From an uncultured bacterium (GTDB lineage: Bacteria > Krumholzibacteriota > Krumholzibacteriia > LZORAL124-64-63), in contig CAVSZB010000008.1 in assembly GCA_963732385.1 (NCBI GenBank), positions 64,001-128,000 of the forward strand: 64,000 bases of DNA, given 5' to 3'. Below are positions 22,551-32,383 of this stretch, piece after piece. How positions within the stretch are numbered: position 1 is the first letter of the stretch; each line of letters starts with the position of its first letter. Under the pieces are notes generated by a model. That model made no database searches. It was not told the origin of the DNA and saw only the letters and a program-made list of their open reading frames with translations. A program made the position numbers and the translations under genes.

Positions 22551-22580
22551 CACAGCCCGGCTCAACGGAGCCGGGCTGTG
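22551..22580. terminator. Inverted repeat between convergent genes (possible bidirectional terminator)
   Basis: CACAGCCCGGCTC-AACG-GAGCCGGGCTGTG, 13-bp perfect stem; no clear U-tract. Confidence 0.55.
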
Positions 22581-22604
22581 CGATTGAACGGCCTCGGGGC
22601 GGTG

Positions 22605-24011
22605 TCAGGAGCCGACGGGCGGTGCGCGCGACACCAACACGGTGACTCCGGGCTGGGGGACCGATTGCGGCGGTCGCACCAGGACCACGCTGCCGATGCG
22701 TGGCGTGTCGGGTCGCGGCGGCAGCTCTTCAAGCGCCTGGGCGTACAGCGACACGGTGGACAGGAACGGATCGCGCTGATCTGCGGGAATCGGCGGCGCG
22801 TCGGGCAGGCGCAGCTTGCGCGGGTCGATGTAGCGGCCGTTCTGCTTCACCCGGTAATCGAGGTGGGGGCCGGTGGCCCAGCCGGAGGCGCCGACGTAGC
22901 CGATCACATCGCCCTGTTTGACACGCAACCCGGCGCGGACCCCCGCGGCGAAGCGCGACAGGTGCAGGTAGCTGCTCTCGAGTCCGCGGCTCTCGTGGCG
23001 AATCGTGACGAAACGCCCGGCGCCGGTCTGGACGCCGGCCGCAGCAACGGTTCCGGACGCCGAGGCATGCACCGGAGTGCCGACCGGGGCGGCATAGTCG
23101 ATCCCCTGATGCGGCATCACCTTGTTGAAGATCGGGTGCCGCCGGTTCATGGAGAAGCCGCTGCTGATGCGGGAGTACTCGACCGGCGTGCGCAGCATCT
23201 GCTTGACGAGATTGCCCCCGACGGCGTCGTAGAATCCAGGTTCGCCCGCCCTGCTCTCGAAGCGGAACGCGCGATGCGGCTTGCCGCCCACGACGCATTC
23301 CAGCGCCAGCACGGCGCCGACCCGCACGAACCTGCCGTCGCGCAGCACCTCTTCGTACAGGATCCGGAAGCTGTCGCCCCGCTGCAGGTCCCGGTTGAAA
23401 TCGACATCCCAGCCGAGCACGTCGTTCATCTTGACGGCCAGGATGAGTGGAGCGGCCGCCTGGCGCAGGCTCTCGTACAGCGAAGCGTTGATCGTGCCGC
23501 TGACGCCGACAACGCGGCGCTCCACGGGGTGGGTCTTCTCCTGCGCGACGAAGGTATCAGCCGAGCGGACGAGCTCGATATACGATTCCTCATCCAGATC
23601 GAAACTGATCCGTTCGAGGGAGCGGTCCGGTCGCTGCACGATCCGGAAGGTCTCCTGGTTGCGGACGCGGTTCAGGTTCCGGTACGGACGGCACGCGTCG
23701 ACCAGCGTCCGGATCTGGTCAAAGGAGACGTCGTGCGCGCGCATGGCGTCCTGAAAGGTCTGGTTGCGGGCGATGACGACCGCCTGTTCGCTGCCGGCGG
23801 CAGTGGAATCGGCAGCCACGGCGGACGATGGCGAGGGCGCGGCCCACCCGAGGCTGTCGAGGCGCGCCAGCAACTCATGGCCGGTGCGGGCAGCGTCGGC
23901 GGCGGTAGGCGCATCGCGGCGCGCGGGCGGGAAAAATAGCCCGTGCAGAATTGTCACAAAAGCGGCAGCGGCCAGCAGGCCGGCGGTGGATTGCGTGATG
24001 CGACGGAACAT
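22605..24011 (-). CDS. M23 family peptidoglycan DD-endopeptidase (MepM-like)
   Basis: HQGIDY, YLHLS, ATGPHLDY zinc motifs; ATG with GGAGGT RBS. Confidence 0.92.
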   Translation of the reverse strand: MFRRITQSTAGLLAAAAFVTILHGLFFPPARRDAPTAADAARTGHELLARLDSLGWAAPSPSSAVAADSTAAGSEQAVVIARNQTFQDAMRAHDVSFDQIRTLVDACRPYRNLNRVRNQETFRIVQRPDRSLERISFDLDEESYIELVRSADTFVAQEKTHPVERRVVGVSGTINASLYESLRQAAAPLILAVKMNDVLGWDVDFNRDLQRGDSFRILYEEVLRDGRFVRVGAVLALECVVGGKPHRAFRFESRAGEPGFYDAVGGNLVKQMLRTPVEYSRISSGFSMNRRHPIFNKVMPHQGIDYAAPVGTPVHASASGTVAAAGVQTGAGRFVTIRHESRGLESSYLHLSRFAAGVRAGLRVKQGDVIGYVGASGWATGPHLDYRVKQNGRYIDPRKLRLPDAPPIPADQRDPFLSTVSLYAQALEELPPRPDTPRIGSVVLVRPPQSVPQPGVTVLVSRAPPVGS

Positions 24012-24158
24012 GGCGTCACCTCCTTGTTTTCGATTCCTTGCGCATAAAGTGGTCCAGATTCCGGCATGGCGGCAAGGGGAATTTCCTGCCAAGCCTTTAC
24101 GGTATGAATCTGGCTACGCAGACTCCACCGGGCGGTTGCCCCGGTGGAGGTTACGGCC

Positions 24159-26174
24159 ATGATGAGGGCGTTTTGCAAAATCCTGACGGCCACGACCCTG
24201 TTGCTGGCGGCTTTCCCGGCGGGGGCGGTGGTCCTGCAGGGGGATCCGCTGCAGGCCCTGGGACACTTCGGTGACGCGGCCAGCGAACTGGAGGACTTGA
24301 ACGGTGACGGACGCTGGGAGTTCCTGGTCGGCGCTCCGCTGGCCGATCTGACCGGCACCAACGACGGGCGTGCCTACCTGTGGTACGGCGGCACCGCCAT
24401 GACCGCGGCGGCGAACCTGGTCCTGTCGGGTAACCTCAACGAACAGTTCGGATTTGCGGTGGCCCGGGTGGGGGATGTCAACGACGACGGGCGGCCCGAT
24501 TTTGCCGTCGGGGCTCCCCGCAACAACCAGGACGGTACCGACCGCGGCCGGGTCTACCTCTTCTTCGGGGGGCCGGCTCTCGACGCCGCTGCTGACGTTA
24601 TTCTCACGTGCCCGGATGCCACCAACGGCCCCCAATTCGGCTTCTCCATCTCTGCCGCGGGCGATCTCAACGGTGACGGTCGCGACGATCTCATCGTCGG
24701 CGCCCCCTATGAAGACACTGCGGGGCTGGACGCCGGCTCGGCCTACGTCTTCTTCGGCAGCAGCAATCTGACCCAACTCGCAGCGGCCGATCTTACCCTC
24801 CGGGGCGTGGCTGCCTACGGTCACTTCGGCTGGTCGGTAACCGATGGCGGCAATTTTTTCCGGGACGGGCGCGCCTGCGTCGCAGTTGGCGCACCGGCCA
24901 ACTACGGCTCCACGCTGCACGGGACGGTCATGGTCTTTCGCGGCTCGGCCACGGCCGTGCCGGGTCCCGATGCGGTGGCCGACCTGACGCTGACCTCTTC
25001 CGGCGCTTCCCCGGCCGGCAGCTGGTTCGGCTACGCGGTCCGTGGCCTGGGGGATTGGGACGATGACGGCGACGACGACCTGGCGGTCGGCGCGCCGCGC
25101 GACGACACGCGCGGTCTCGATGCCGGCCGGGTGGAGATTTTCCTGGGTGCCGCCACCCCCGCCACGGTCGCCGCCCGCTACGCGAACGGACAGGACGGCG
25201 CCGATCTGTTCGGCTGGGCCCTGGCCGACCTCGGCGAGGCGACCGGCGACAGCCGGACCGACCTGCTCATCGGCGCCCCCGGCGTCGCCTCGCCGGCCAC
25301 CGGCGCCGGGCGGGCCTACCTCTTCGCGGGGGGCGGGGCCAGCGCGGATTCGCCGGCCGGGCTGTTCCTCACGCTGACCGCCGCGGGGGTCAATGCCGGC
25401 ACCGAGGCGAACGACGCTTTCGGTTCCTGCGTTTCGGCGGCCGGAGAGCTCGACGGCGATGGTCGCCGCGATTACGCGGTCTGCGCGCCGACCGGCAACG
25501 TGGTCACGAACGCCGAGTCCGGCTACGTTCGCCTCTACGACAGCAGCGGCGATGTCGTGCCGGTGCTGCTGCAGTCCTGGCGCGCGGTCTGGACCGCCGA
25601 CGGAGAGGCGCGGCTGAGCTTCAAGCTGGCGGAGCCGCCCGCGGCCTTCAGCGCGCTCACGCTCTGGCGCGACGTGAGCCTGCGCGCCGGCGAGCCGGTC
25701 GTGCGCTCGCTCGCCTGCGCCGGTCCGCTCGAAGGGGGCGCGCTGCCGCTGACCATCGCCGGCGACGAGTGGACGCTGGCCGACCGCCCGACCGCGCTCG
25801 TCACCGGATCGACGCTGAGCTACGCGCTGGTCCTCGAGCGCGCGGCCGGGGACGCCGTGGCGCTGGACGGGCTGGCGGGGCCGCCGACGGCGGAGATCGG
25901 TCTGTTCGCGTTGCGTCCGCCCTGCCCGAACCCGTTCAACCCGCGCACGGCGATCGTCTTCCAGGCGCCGGCCGGAGCGCCGGTCGCCTGCCGGGTCTAT
26001 GACCCGCGCGGCCGTCTCGTGGTCACTCTGTTCGAAGGAACGGCCACCGGACTGTGGCAGACGGCCGCCTGGGACGGACGTCGCGGCGGACGGCCCGTGT
26101 CTGCCGGCGTCTACGCCGTGCGGCTGGTGATGGGCGGGCGCGTCCTGACCAGACTCGCGGTGCTGGCGAAGTAG
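24159..26174 (+). CDS. Secreted FG-GAP (integrin-alpha beta-propeller) repeat protein with C-terminal FlgD-Ig/T9SS-like domain
   Basis: Signal peptide; repeated FG..GD.NGDG..D..VGAP; C-terminal PNPFNPRT..YDPRGRLV..WDGR. Confidence 0.88.
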   Translation: MMRAFCKILTATTLLLAAFPAGAVVLQGDPLQALGHFGDAASELEDLNGDGRWEFLVGAPLADLTGTNDGRAYLWYGGTAMTAAANLVLSGNLNEQFGFAVARVGDVNDDGRPDFAVGAPRNNQDGTDRGRVYLFFGGPALDAAADVILTCPDATNGPQFGFSISAAGDLNGDGRDDLIVGAPYEDTAGLDAGSAYVFFGSSNLTQLAAADLTLRGVAAYGHFGWSVTDGGNFFRDGRACVAVGAPANYGSTLHGTVMVFRGSATAVPGPDAVADLTLTSSGASPAGSWFGYAVRGLGDWDDDGDDDLAVGAPRDDTRGLDAGRVEIFLGAATPATVAARYANGQDGADLFGWALADLGEATGDSRTDLLIGAPGVASPATGAGRAYLFAGGGASADSPAGLFLTLTAAGVNAGTEANDAFGSCVSAAGELDGDGRRDYAVCAPTGNVVTNAESGYVRLYDSSGDVVPVLLQSWRAVWTADGEARLSFKLAEPPAAFSALTLWRDVSLRAGEPVVRSLACAGPLEGGALPLTIAGDEWTLADRPTALVTGSTLSYALVLERAAGDAVALDGLAGPPTAEIGLFALRPPCPNPFNPRTAIVFQAPAGAPVACRVYDPRGRLVVTLFEGTATGLWQTAAWDGRRGGRPVSAGVYAVRLVMGGRVLTRLAVLAK

Positions 26175-26239
26175 TGGCTCGCCACGGTTCCTGACGCCGG
26201 GAGACGCCCCGTCGCGCCGCGCCGCGGTCCCGGGTTTGC

Positions 26240-27895
26240 ATGTCCCTGGCGCGGGCGTCTTCCGGCCGGCGTATTGGTGTCATTTCGCCATGCGAGGCTT
26301 TGCCCGGCCTTGCTTCTTGCAACGGGAAGTGCGACGTGGCGATCGTGAGCGACAGGAACGGCGGCGTGAGTCTCGTTAACCCCGCCCCGACCGCCGAAGT
26401 GGTCAGCCTGACCGTCTTCGTGGCGGTGCTGTGCGCGGTGTTGCGGCAGTCCCTGCAGGCGGGCTGGCTGGCGCGCGAGGTGGTCGACGGGACACGTTCC
26501 GTGGCTCGTCTGGCGGCGCAGCTGCATGTCGCCGCGGGCGGATTCACGCTGCGGGCCGGCGGCGACCATTTCCTGCACGAGGAGTCGGGTCAGCGTTGCG
26601 ACCTGTCGGGCAAGGCGGTGCCCCAGCTGCACCGCTTCTTCCTGCGGCGCGGCCTGACCGGCGCGCGCTTCGCGGCGGATGTGTCCCCCCTGGCGATCAA
26701 GAACCTGGCGCGCGCCCTCCTGGAGCCGGGCAGTGACCTGGCGCTGCTGTTCCCCGCCGGCTGCGGCCTCGAGCCGCTTGGCGCCCGCGAGGACGCGCCG
26801 GAGGTGCTGATACTGCAGGACGGAGCGCACGCCGAGGCCCACCATCCCAGAGAAAGCGACGGACGGCCAGGTCGCGTGCGCGATCCGCTGACGACAGGGG
26901 GTGTCCGGGGGAATGCCACTGTGCGATCCGCGGCGGGTTTCGCGACGGCGGTTCCGGCGGCGCCGCGCGTCGCAGGGGATCTGGACCGCGATCTGCAGCT
27001 GCTGCGCCAGGAGAACGCCGCCATCCGCGAGGCGGTCGCCGCCACGGTTAACTCCGGCGGCCGCGCCCCTCATCCCGCCATCCTGACCTGCATCGAGGCG
27101 ATGGAACAGGACGAGCACCTGATGTACATGCTCGTCTCCCTGCGCCAGCACGACCGCTACACGTTCGACCACTCCTGCAACGTGGCCCTGCTGGCGGTGG
27201 CGATCGCCCGGCAGATCGGCGTGGCGGGGGAGGAGCTGCGGCGCTTCGCCGGCGCGGTCCTGCTGCACGACATCGGCAAGCTCTACACGCCGTTGTCGGT
27301 GCTCAACAAGCCGGGCCGCTTCTCGCCCGACGAGTGGCAGGTCATGAAGCGTCACCCGGTCGATGGCATGGAGATCCTCGACGGCGCCGGCTTCGAGAAC
27401 CTGTATTCCGAGCGGGTCACCCTGCTGCACCATGTCAACTACGAAGGGCAGGGGTACCCGGCCACGACGGCGCAGCGCCCCGATCTGCTCGCGCACATCG
27501 TCCAGGTCGCTGACATCTACGACGCCTTCACCTCGATTCGTCCCTATCGTCAGCAGGCTCGCCCCCTCGAGGTGCTCGAAACCCTGCGCGGCGGCGCCGG
27601 GAAGGACTTCGATCCGGCGGTCGTTTCCGCGGTGCTGAAGCTCATGGGCGAAACTCCGATGGGCGCCGTGCTGAAGCTGGACAACGGCCAGCTCGGTCTC
27701 GTGGTGGACATGGGCAGCTCGCCCGACGGCCGCCCGGTCGTGCGGGTGATCCAGGACGAACTCGGCAACCGGACGGCGCGCACCACGCTGGTCGACCTGT
27801 CGGCGCGCCTCCCGGCCACCGGAGAGTACATGGTCGACGTGGTCGAGGCGGTCGATCCGGTCATCCGCAACATTCCAATCGGGCGCTACATCTGA
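26240..27895 (+). CDS. HD-GYP domain cyclic-dinucleotide phosphodiesterase (true start possibly the GTG at ~26345-26366)
   Basis: YTFDHS, LLHDIGK, HHVNYEGQGYP, ADIYDAFTSIRPYR. Confidence 0.88.
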   Translation: MSLARASSGRRIGVISPCEALPGLASCNGKCDVAIVSDRNGGVSLVNPAPTAEVVSLTVFVAVLCAVLRQSLQAGWLAREVVDGTRSVARLAAQLHVAAGGFTLRAGGDHFLHEESGQRCDLSGKAVPQLHRFFLRRGLTGARFAADVSPLAIKNLARALLEPGSDLALLFPAGCGLEPLGAREDAPEVLILQDGAHAEAHHPRESDGRPGRVRDPLTTGGVRGNATVRSAAGFATAVPAAPRVAGDLDRDLQLLRQENAAIREAVAATVNSGGRAPHPAILTCIEAMEQDEHLMYMLVSLRQHDRYTFDHSCNVALLAVAIARQIGVAGEELRRFAGAVLLHDIGKLYTPLSVLNKPGRFSPDEWQVMKRHPVDGMEILDGAGFENLYSERVTLLHHVNYEGQGYPATTAQRPDLLAHIVQVADIYDAFTSIRPYRQQARPLEVLETLRGGAGKDFDPAVVSAVLKLMGETPMGAVLKLDNGQLGLVVDMGSSPDGRPVVRVIQDELGNRTARTTLVDLSARLPATGEYMVDVVEAVDPVIRNIPIGRYI

Positions 27896-27915
27896 CGACC
27901 TGCTACCATGGCGGC

Positions 27916-28968
27916 ATGCGCGGCCCACCACTGATCGAACTGCATACCCACCTCGAGGGTTCGCTGACGCCTGCCCGCCTGGTCGCGCTGGCGGAGCGGC
28001 ACGGCGTGGCGGCGGCGCCGGCCGCCTGCCTCGCTCCGGACGGCGCGAAATACCGGCCCACGGCCGGCTTCGCCGACTTCCTGGAGCTCTACAAGGCGGT
28101 CACCGCCGTCATCCGGACTCCGGCCGATCACCATGTCGTGGCGCTCGACCTGGCGGCGGCGCTGGCGCGCGACGGAGTGGCGTATTCCGAGGTGTCGGTG
28201 TCGTACGGCGTGCTGCTGCGGCGCGAGATCGATCCGCGGCCGATCCAGACCGCGCTGCACGAGGCGGCCGAAGAGGCGCGGGAGAGGTTCGATGTGACGA
28301 TGCGCTGGATCCCCGACGCGGTGCGGCAGTTCGGCCCCGGGGCCGCGCAGCGAGCGCTCGAAGCCGCGCTCGCGGGCGGGCGTCCGCGCGGCGTGGTCGG
28401 CTTTGGCATCGGCGGTGACGAGGACGCCGTGGCGGCGGCGGAGTTCGCCGGCGTCTGCGCCGACGCCCGCGCCGCCGGCCTCGGCGTGACGATCCACGCC
28501 GGGGAGACCGGCGGACCCGCCGCCGTGCGCGACGCGGTGCTCGCCTGCGGCGCGACGCGCGTCGGGCACGGCATCGGCGCCGTGCTCGGGCCGCTGCGCG
28601 ACGGCGCGCGAGTGGCGCCCGCGTTGGCCGAGATCGACGACACGCTCGCCCTGCTCGCCGAGCGCAGCGTATTCGTCGAACTGTGCCCTGGCGGCAACCT
28701 CGCCACCGGCGTTCTCGAGAGCGCCGCCGCGCACCCCCTGCGCGCGTTCCTCGACCGTGGCGTGCCGTGCGGTCTCGGTACGGACGATCGCGCGCTGTTC
28801 GGTCTCGACCTGCGGGGAGAGTACGCGCGCGCCGCCGCTGATCACGGTCTCACCGTGGCCGAGGCCGCCGGCATGCAGTCGGCCGCGCTGGCGGCTTTGT
28901 TCGGCGGGGAGACGCTGCGGACGAACCTGCGCGAGCGGCTGGCCGGACCGGTTGGCGGGGCGGACTAG
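27916..28968 (+). CDS. add: Adenosine/adenine deaminase family protein
   Basis: ELHTHLEGS, HAGE, RVGHG, TDD. Confidence 0.85.
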   Translation: MRGPPLIELHTHLEGSLTPARLVALAERHGVAAAPAACLAPDGAKYRPTAGFADFLELYKAVTAVIRTPADHHVVALDLAAALARDGVAYSEVSVSYGVLLRREIDPRPIQTALHEAAEEARERFDVTMRWIPDAVRQFGPGAAQRALEAALAGGRPRGVVGFGIGGDEDAVAAAEFAGVCADARAAGLGVTIHAGETGGPAAVRDAVLACGATRVGHGIGAVLGPLRDGARVAPALAEIDDTLALLAERSVFVELCPGGNLATGVLESAAAHPLRAFLDRGVPCGLGTDDRALFGLDLRGEYARAAADHGLTVAEAAGMQSAALAALFGGETLRTNLRERLAGPVGGAD

Positions 28969-30662
28969 CCGGCCGTAAGTCCACGCAGCCGCTCGATCTC
29001 CGGCGCGATCTGCTCGTCTTCGATCCGCGGGAACAGGATCTCCGGCCGGCCGATCGCCCGGCCCGGCGGAAGCGGGAGCGTGCCTTCGGTCCAGCCGCCG
29101 TGGTGCAGGTCGCCGGTCATGCCGAGCCAGCCCCACACCTTCTCGGCCGCGAACGGCGTGATCGGGGCGAGCATGAGGGTGAGCATGCGGATGATCTGGA
29201 AAGCCACGCCCATCGACTGGGCGCAGCGCGGCAGGTCGTCCTTGCGGGTGCGGAAAGGTGCCGCCTCGTCGAAGTAGCGGTTGCCCGCCTTCCCGGCCGC
29301 GAAGAGCGCCTCCACCGCGTTGCGGATCTCGAACGCCTCCACCGCCGCCACGTAACGGTCGAGGCACTCGCCGACCTCGTCAAGAGCCGCGCGGTCCACG
29401 GCCGTCATGGCGGTCTCCGACCACTCCGGCACGCGGCCTTCGAAGTACTTGTGCGTGAAGGCGAGCACGCGGTTGACGAGATTCCCGAAATTGTTGCCCA
29501 GCTCGTTGTTGTGCCGCGCCTGGAAACCGTCCCAGGTGAAGTCGGTGTCACGTGTCTCGGGCAGGTTGCGCGCCAGCGCATAGCGCAGGCTGTCGGCGGG
29601 GAATTTCGCCAGATAGTCGGGCAGCCAGACGGCGAAGCCGCGGCTGGTGGAGAGTTTGTTGCCCTCCAGGTTCAGAAACTCGTTTGCCGGCACGTTGTCC
29701 GGCAGGATGTAAGGCTCGCTGTGCGCCATCAGCATCGCCGGGAACATGATGGCGTGGAAGACGATATTATCCTTGCCGATGAAGTGGAGCAGCCGCGTGC
29801 CGGGGTCCTGCCACCAGATGCGCCACGCGTCGGGCTCGCCGCGCGTGGCCGCCCATTCGCGCGTGGCGGAGATGTAGCCGATCGGCGCGTCGAACCAGAC
29901 GTAGATGACCTTGCCCTCGTGCTCCGGCAGCGGCACCGGCACGCCCCACGACAGGTCGCGCGTGATGGCGCGGTCGTCAAGCCCCTGGGCGAACCAGCCG
30001 CGGCAGTAGTTGAGGACGTTTTCCCGCCAGGTCGGCTGGCCGGCCAGCCAGGCCTCGAGGCGCGGCTGCCAGTCGCCCAGTGGCAGGAACCAGTGCCGCG
30101 TGGCGCGGGTCTCGGGAGCGGCGCCGCAGGTGGCGCAGTGCGGCTCGACCAGTTCGAGCTGGTTGAGCGCCGTGCCGCACTTCTCGCACTGGTCGCCGCG
30201 CGCGCCGGCGCTGCCGCACTTCGGACAGGTGCCCTCGACGTAGCGGTCGGCCAGGAAACGGGCGCAGGCGGGGCAGAAGAACTGGTCGGTGGTCTTCTGC
30301 TTCAGCTTCCCCTGCCGGTGCAGATCGAGGAAGAACGCCTGGCTCGTCTCGGTGTGGATGGGCCGGCTCGTCTGGGAGAAATTGTCGAAAGAGATGCCCA
30401 GGGCGGCGAACGAGTCGCGGATCGAGGCGTGATTGCGGTCGACCAGCTCCTGCGGCGTGATCCCCAGCGACTCGGCCGTCTTGGTGATCGGCACGCCGTA
30501 CTCGTCGGTACCGCAGATGAACAGCACCTCGCGACCGAGCAGCCGGAGCGTTCGTGCATAGATGTCGGCCGGCAGGTAGGCGCCGGCCAGGTGCCCGAGG
30601 TGCAGGTCGCCGTTGGCGTAGGGCAGCGCCGCGGTGATGAGGGTTCGTTGCCAGCAGCTCAA
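28965..30662 (-). CDS. metG: Methionine--tRNA ligase (short form without C-terminal OB domain)
   Basis: ALPYANG, HLGH, zinc knuckles, YVWFDA, KLSTS; TTG start 8 nt after GGAGG. Confidence 0.97.
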   Translation of the reverse strand: MSCWQRTLITAALPYANGDLHLGHLAGAYLPADIYARTLRLLGREVLFICGTDEYGVPITKTAESLGITPQELVDRNHASIRDSFAALGISFDNFSQTSRPIHTETSQAFFLDLHRQGKLKQKTTDQFFCPACARFLADRYVEGTCPKCGSAGARGDQCEKCGTALNQLELVEPHCATCGAAPETRATRHWFLPLGDWQPRLEAWLAGQPTWRENVLNYCRGWFAQGLDDRAITRDLSWGVPVPLPEHEGKVIYVWFDAPIGYISATREWAATRGEPDAWRIWWQDPGTRLLHFIGKDNIVFHAIMFPAMLMAHSEPYILPDNVPANEFLNLEGNKLSTSRGFAVWLPDYLAKFPADSLRYALARNLPETRDTDFTWDGFQARHNNELGNNFGNLVNRVLAFTHKYFEGRVPEWSETAMTAVDRAALDEVGECLDRYVAAVEAFEIRNAVEALFAAGKAGNRYFDEAAPFRTRKDDLPRCAQSMGVAFQIIRMLTLMLAPITPFAAEKVWGWLGMTGDLHHGGWTEGTLPLPPGRAIGRPEILFPRIEDEQIAPEIERLRGLTAG

Positions 30663-30715
30663 CGGCGCGGCCTCCGGTTCGGGGGTACGGGCGCGGGTGC
30701 ATCCAGGGGGCCAAA

Positions 30716-32155
30716 CTAGAACAACGCGGCGGGTGGCGGCAAGGGCTCGTTGCCGTAGACGTGGGTATCGAGCCAGGCGCGGCAGTCCAGGTGGCAAAGC
30801 CGGCGCACCGATGCCACGAGCGATGCGCGCGTGAGCGGCCCGTTCGCGCGCCGGGTGTGGAGGTCGCGCAGGATCGCATCGAGCGGGTGGTCGCGGCCGG
30901 TGCGCTCGGCGAGCCAGGCGTCGAACTGCTGCGCGGCGAGGGTGCTTCCGGCATAGGCGTAACGGGTCGTTTCCCCGTCGCGCAGCAGGCCGCGCGCCGC
31001 GGCGGCGATGGTCTCGCGCCCACGCAGCGGACTGCTCACGTAGTGGGCCTCCACCCTCCCTCCCACCACATCCCGTGCGCGCGTCTCCGTCCAGATGCCG
31101 GCCTCGACCAGCAGGCGCGCCGCGTACCACGACGTGGCGCCTTCGACGAACCAGTTCATCTCCGTTCCTTGCTGGCGGATCTCCTCGCCCAGCCAGCCGT
31201 GGAACATTTCGTGCGCGATCAGGCTGGCGGCCTTGTCCTCCAGGTCGCTCCAGGTCGCAGACGGGTCGAGGAGCAGCAGCAGTGAGTGTCCCACGTGCAG
31301 CCCGTAGTAGGGAAAACCGGCGGTGGCAGGCAGCGGATTCGCATCGACGAGCACCAGCATGGAGGGGTGCGGCGGGGCGCCGAAGAAGGCGATCTCCGCC
31401 TCGCCGATCCGCGTCACCAGATGCGCGAGTTCGGCGTCCGAGAAGGCCCAGTCCCCGCGCACGGCCAGACGCACGGCGCAACCGGCGACCTTCTGCTCGC
31501 GCAGCCGCGGATCGCCCCAGGCGAGGAGGGCATCGGTCAGGTCGCGCAGGTCGGTCGGGGTGTACACGATGCCGGCGGGCGTCCCCGCGGCGGGCCAGGG
31601 AGTGGCCAGCAGGCCGGGCGCGGCCGCCGGGCCGCCAGTGAAGCGCACCGTGAGCCCGCCGATGCGCACGTCGTCGGGCACCAGGAACAGATGGAAGCCC
31701 GCTATCCGCAGCCCCCCGTCGCTGCGCGCCGAGAGGTGGGCGCGGATGTCGGGACTGGCGGCGCCGGGCGGCGGCAGCGTCACGCGATACTGCAGCGCGC
31801 CGCCCCGACCCATGCCGTCGACGGTCCAGCTGCGTCCCTGCGGGCGCACCGGCAGGGGGGCGCCGCGCCCCCCCTCCAGGGTGAAGTTCCAGGCCGCCAG
31901 CGGCGTGACGACGACGCCGCCCGCCGCGTCGTCGAACAGGCCTCCAGGCCGGATCAGACGGAGCGTACCAGGCGGCTGCCCGGTGGCGCGCAGGGTGACG
32001 TCGAGCCTCCCCTGATCCACCCCGCTCAAATCGACCTCGTAGACCAGATCGAACGGGCGCTGCACGCGGGACCAGCCCCACCAGACGCACAAGGCCACGA
32101 TCGCCAAAGCTGGCAGGACAAACATCAGGATGGGTCGCCTGGGCCTCAATAGCAC
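30716..32155 (-). CDS. Gluzincin metallopeptidase (M61/M1-like), membrane anchored
   Basis: HEMFH...WFVEG motif; N-terminal hydrophobic segment; start uncertain. Confidence 0.75.
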   Translation of the reverse strand: MLLRPRRPILMFVLPALAIVALCVWWGWSRVQRPFDLVYEVDLSGVDQGRLDVTLRATGQPPGTLRLIRPGGLFDDAAGGVVVTPLAAWNFTLEGGRGAPLPVRPQGRSWTVDGMGRGGALQYRVTLPPPGAASPDIRAHLSARSDGGLRIAGFHLFLVPDDVRIGGLTVRFTGGPAAAPGLLATPWPAAGTPAGIVYTPTDLRDLTDALLAWGDPRLREQKVAGCAVRLAVRGDWAFSDAELAHLVTRIGEAEIAFFGAPPHPSMLVLVDANPLPATAGFPYYGLHVGHSLLLLLDPSATWSDLEDKAASLIAHEMFHGWLGEEIRQQGTEMNWFVEGATSWYAARLLVEAGIWTETRARDVVGGRVEAHYVSSPLRGRETIAAAARGLLRDGETTRYAYAGSTLAAQQFDAWLAERTGRDHPLDAILRDLHTRRANGPLTRASLVASVRRLCHLDCRAWLDTHVYGNEPLPPPAALF

Positions 32156-32383
32156 GGCCTCGCCTTTGGGGGAGGGGACCCGGCGAGGGCAGCAACCGGC
32201 GTGCCGGGTGGGTGGGGTTCGTTCGTCCGGCGGTGCGCTGGCTGTTACCGCCGCGGGCTCCGACTCAAGCATCCGCGCAAAACATCAAATCACGGCACGA
32301 TCGGGCACGATACGCCATTCCTTGGCCATACCGCGGCGTGCTACGATGCGTTGCCGATGATGTCATCACACGGGAGGTCGGGG

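Noticed and set aside
30663..32195. Apparent 511-aa N-terminal extension of MetG (1076-aa ORF)
   Set aside because: Overlaps the peptidase gene in another frame; MetG homology begins at the TTG (30662) with a good RBS
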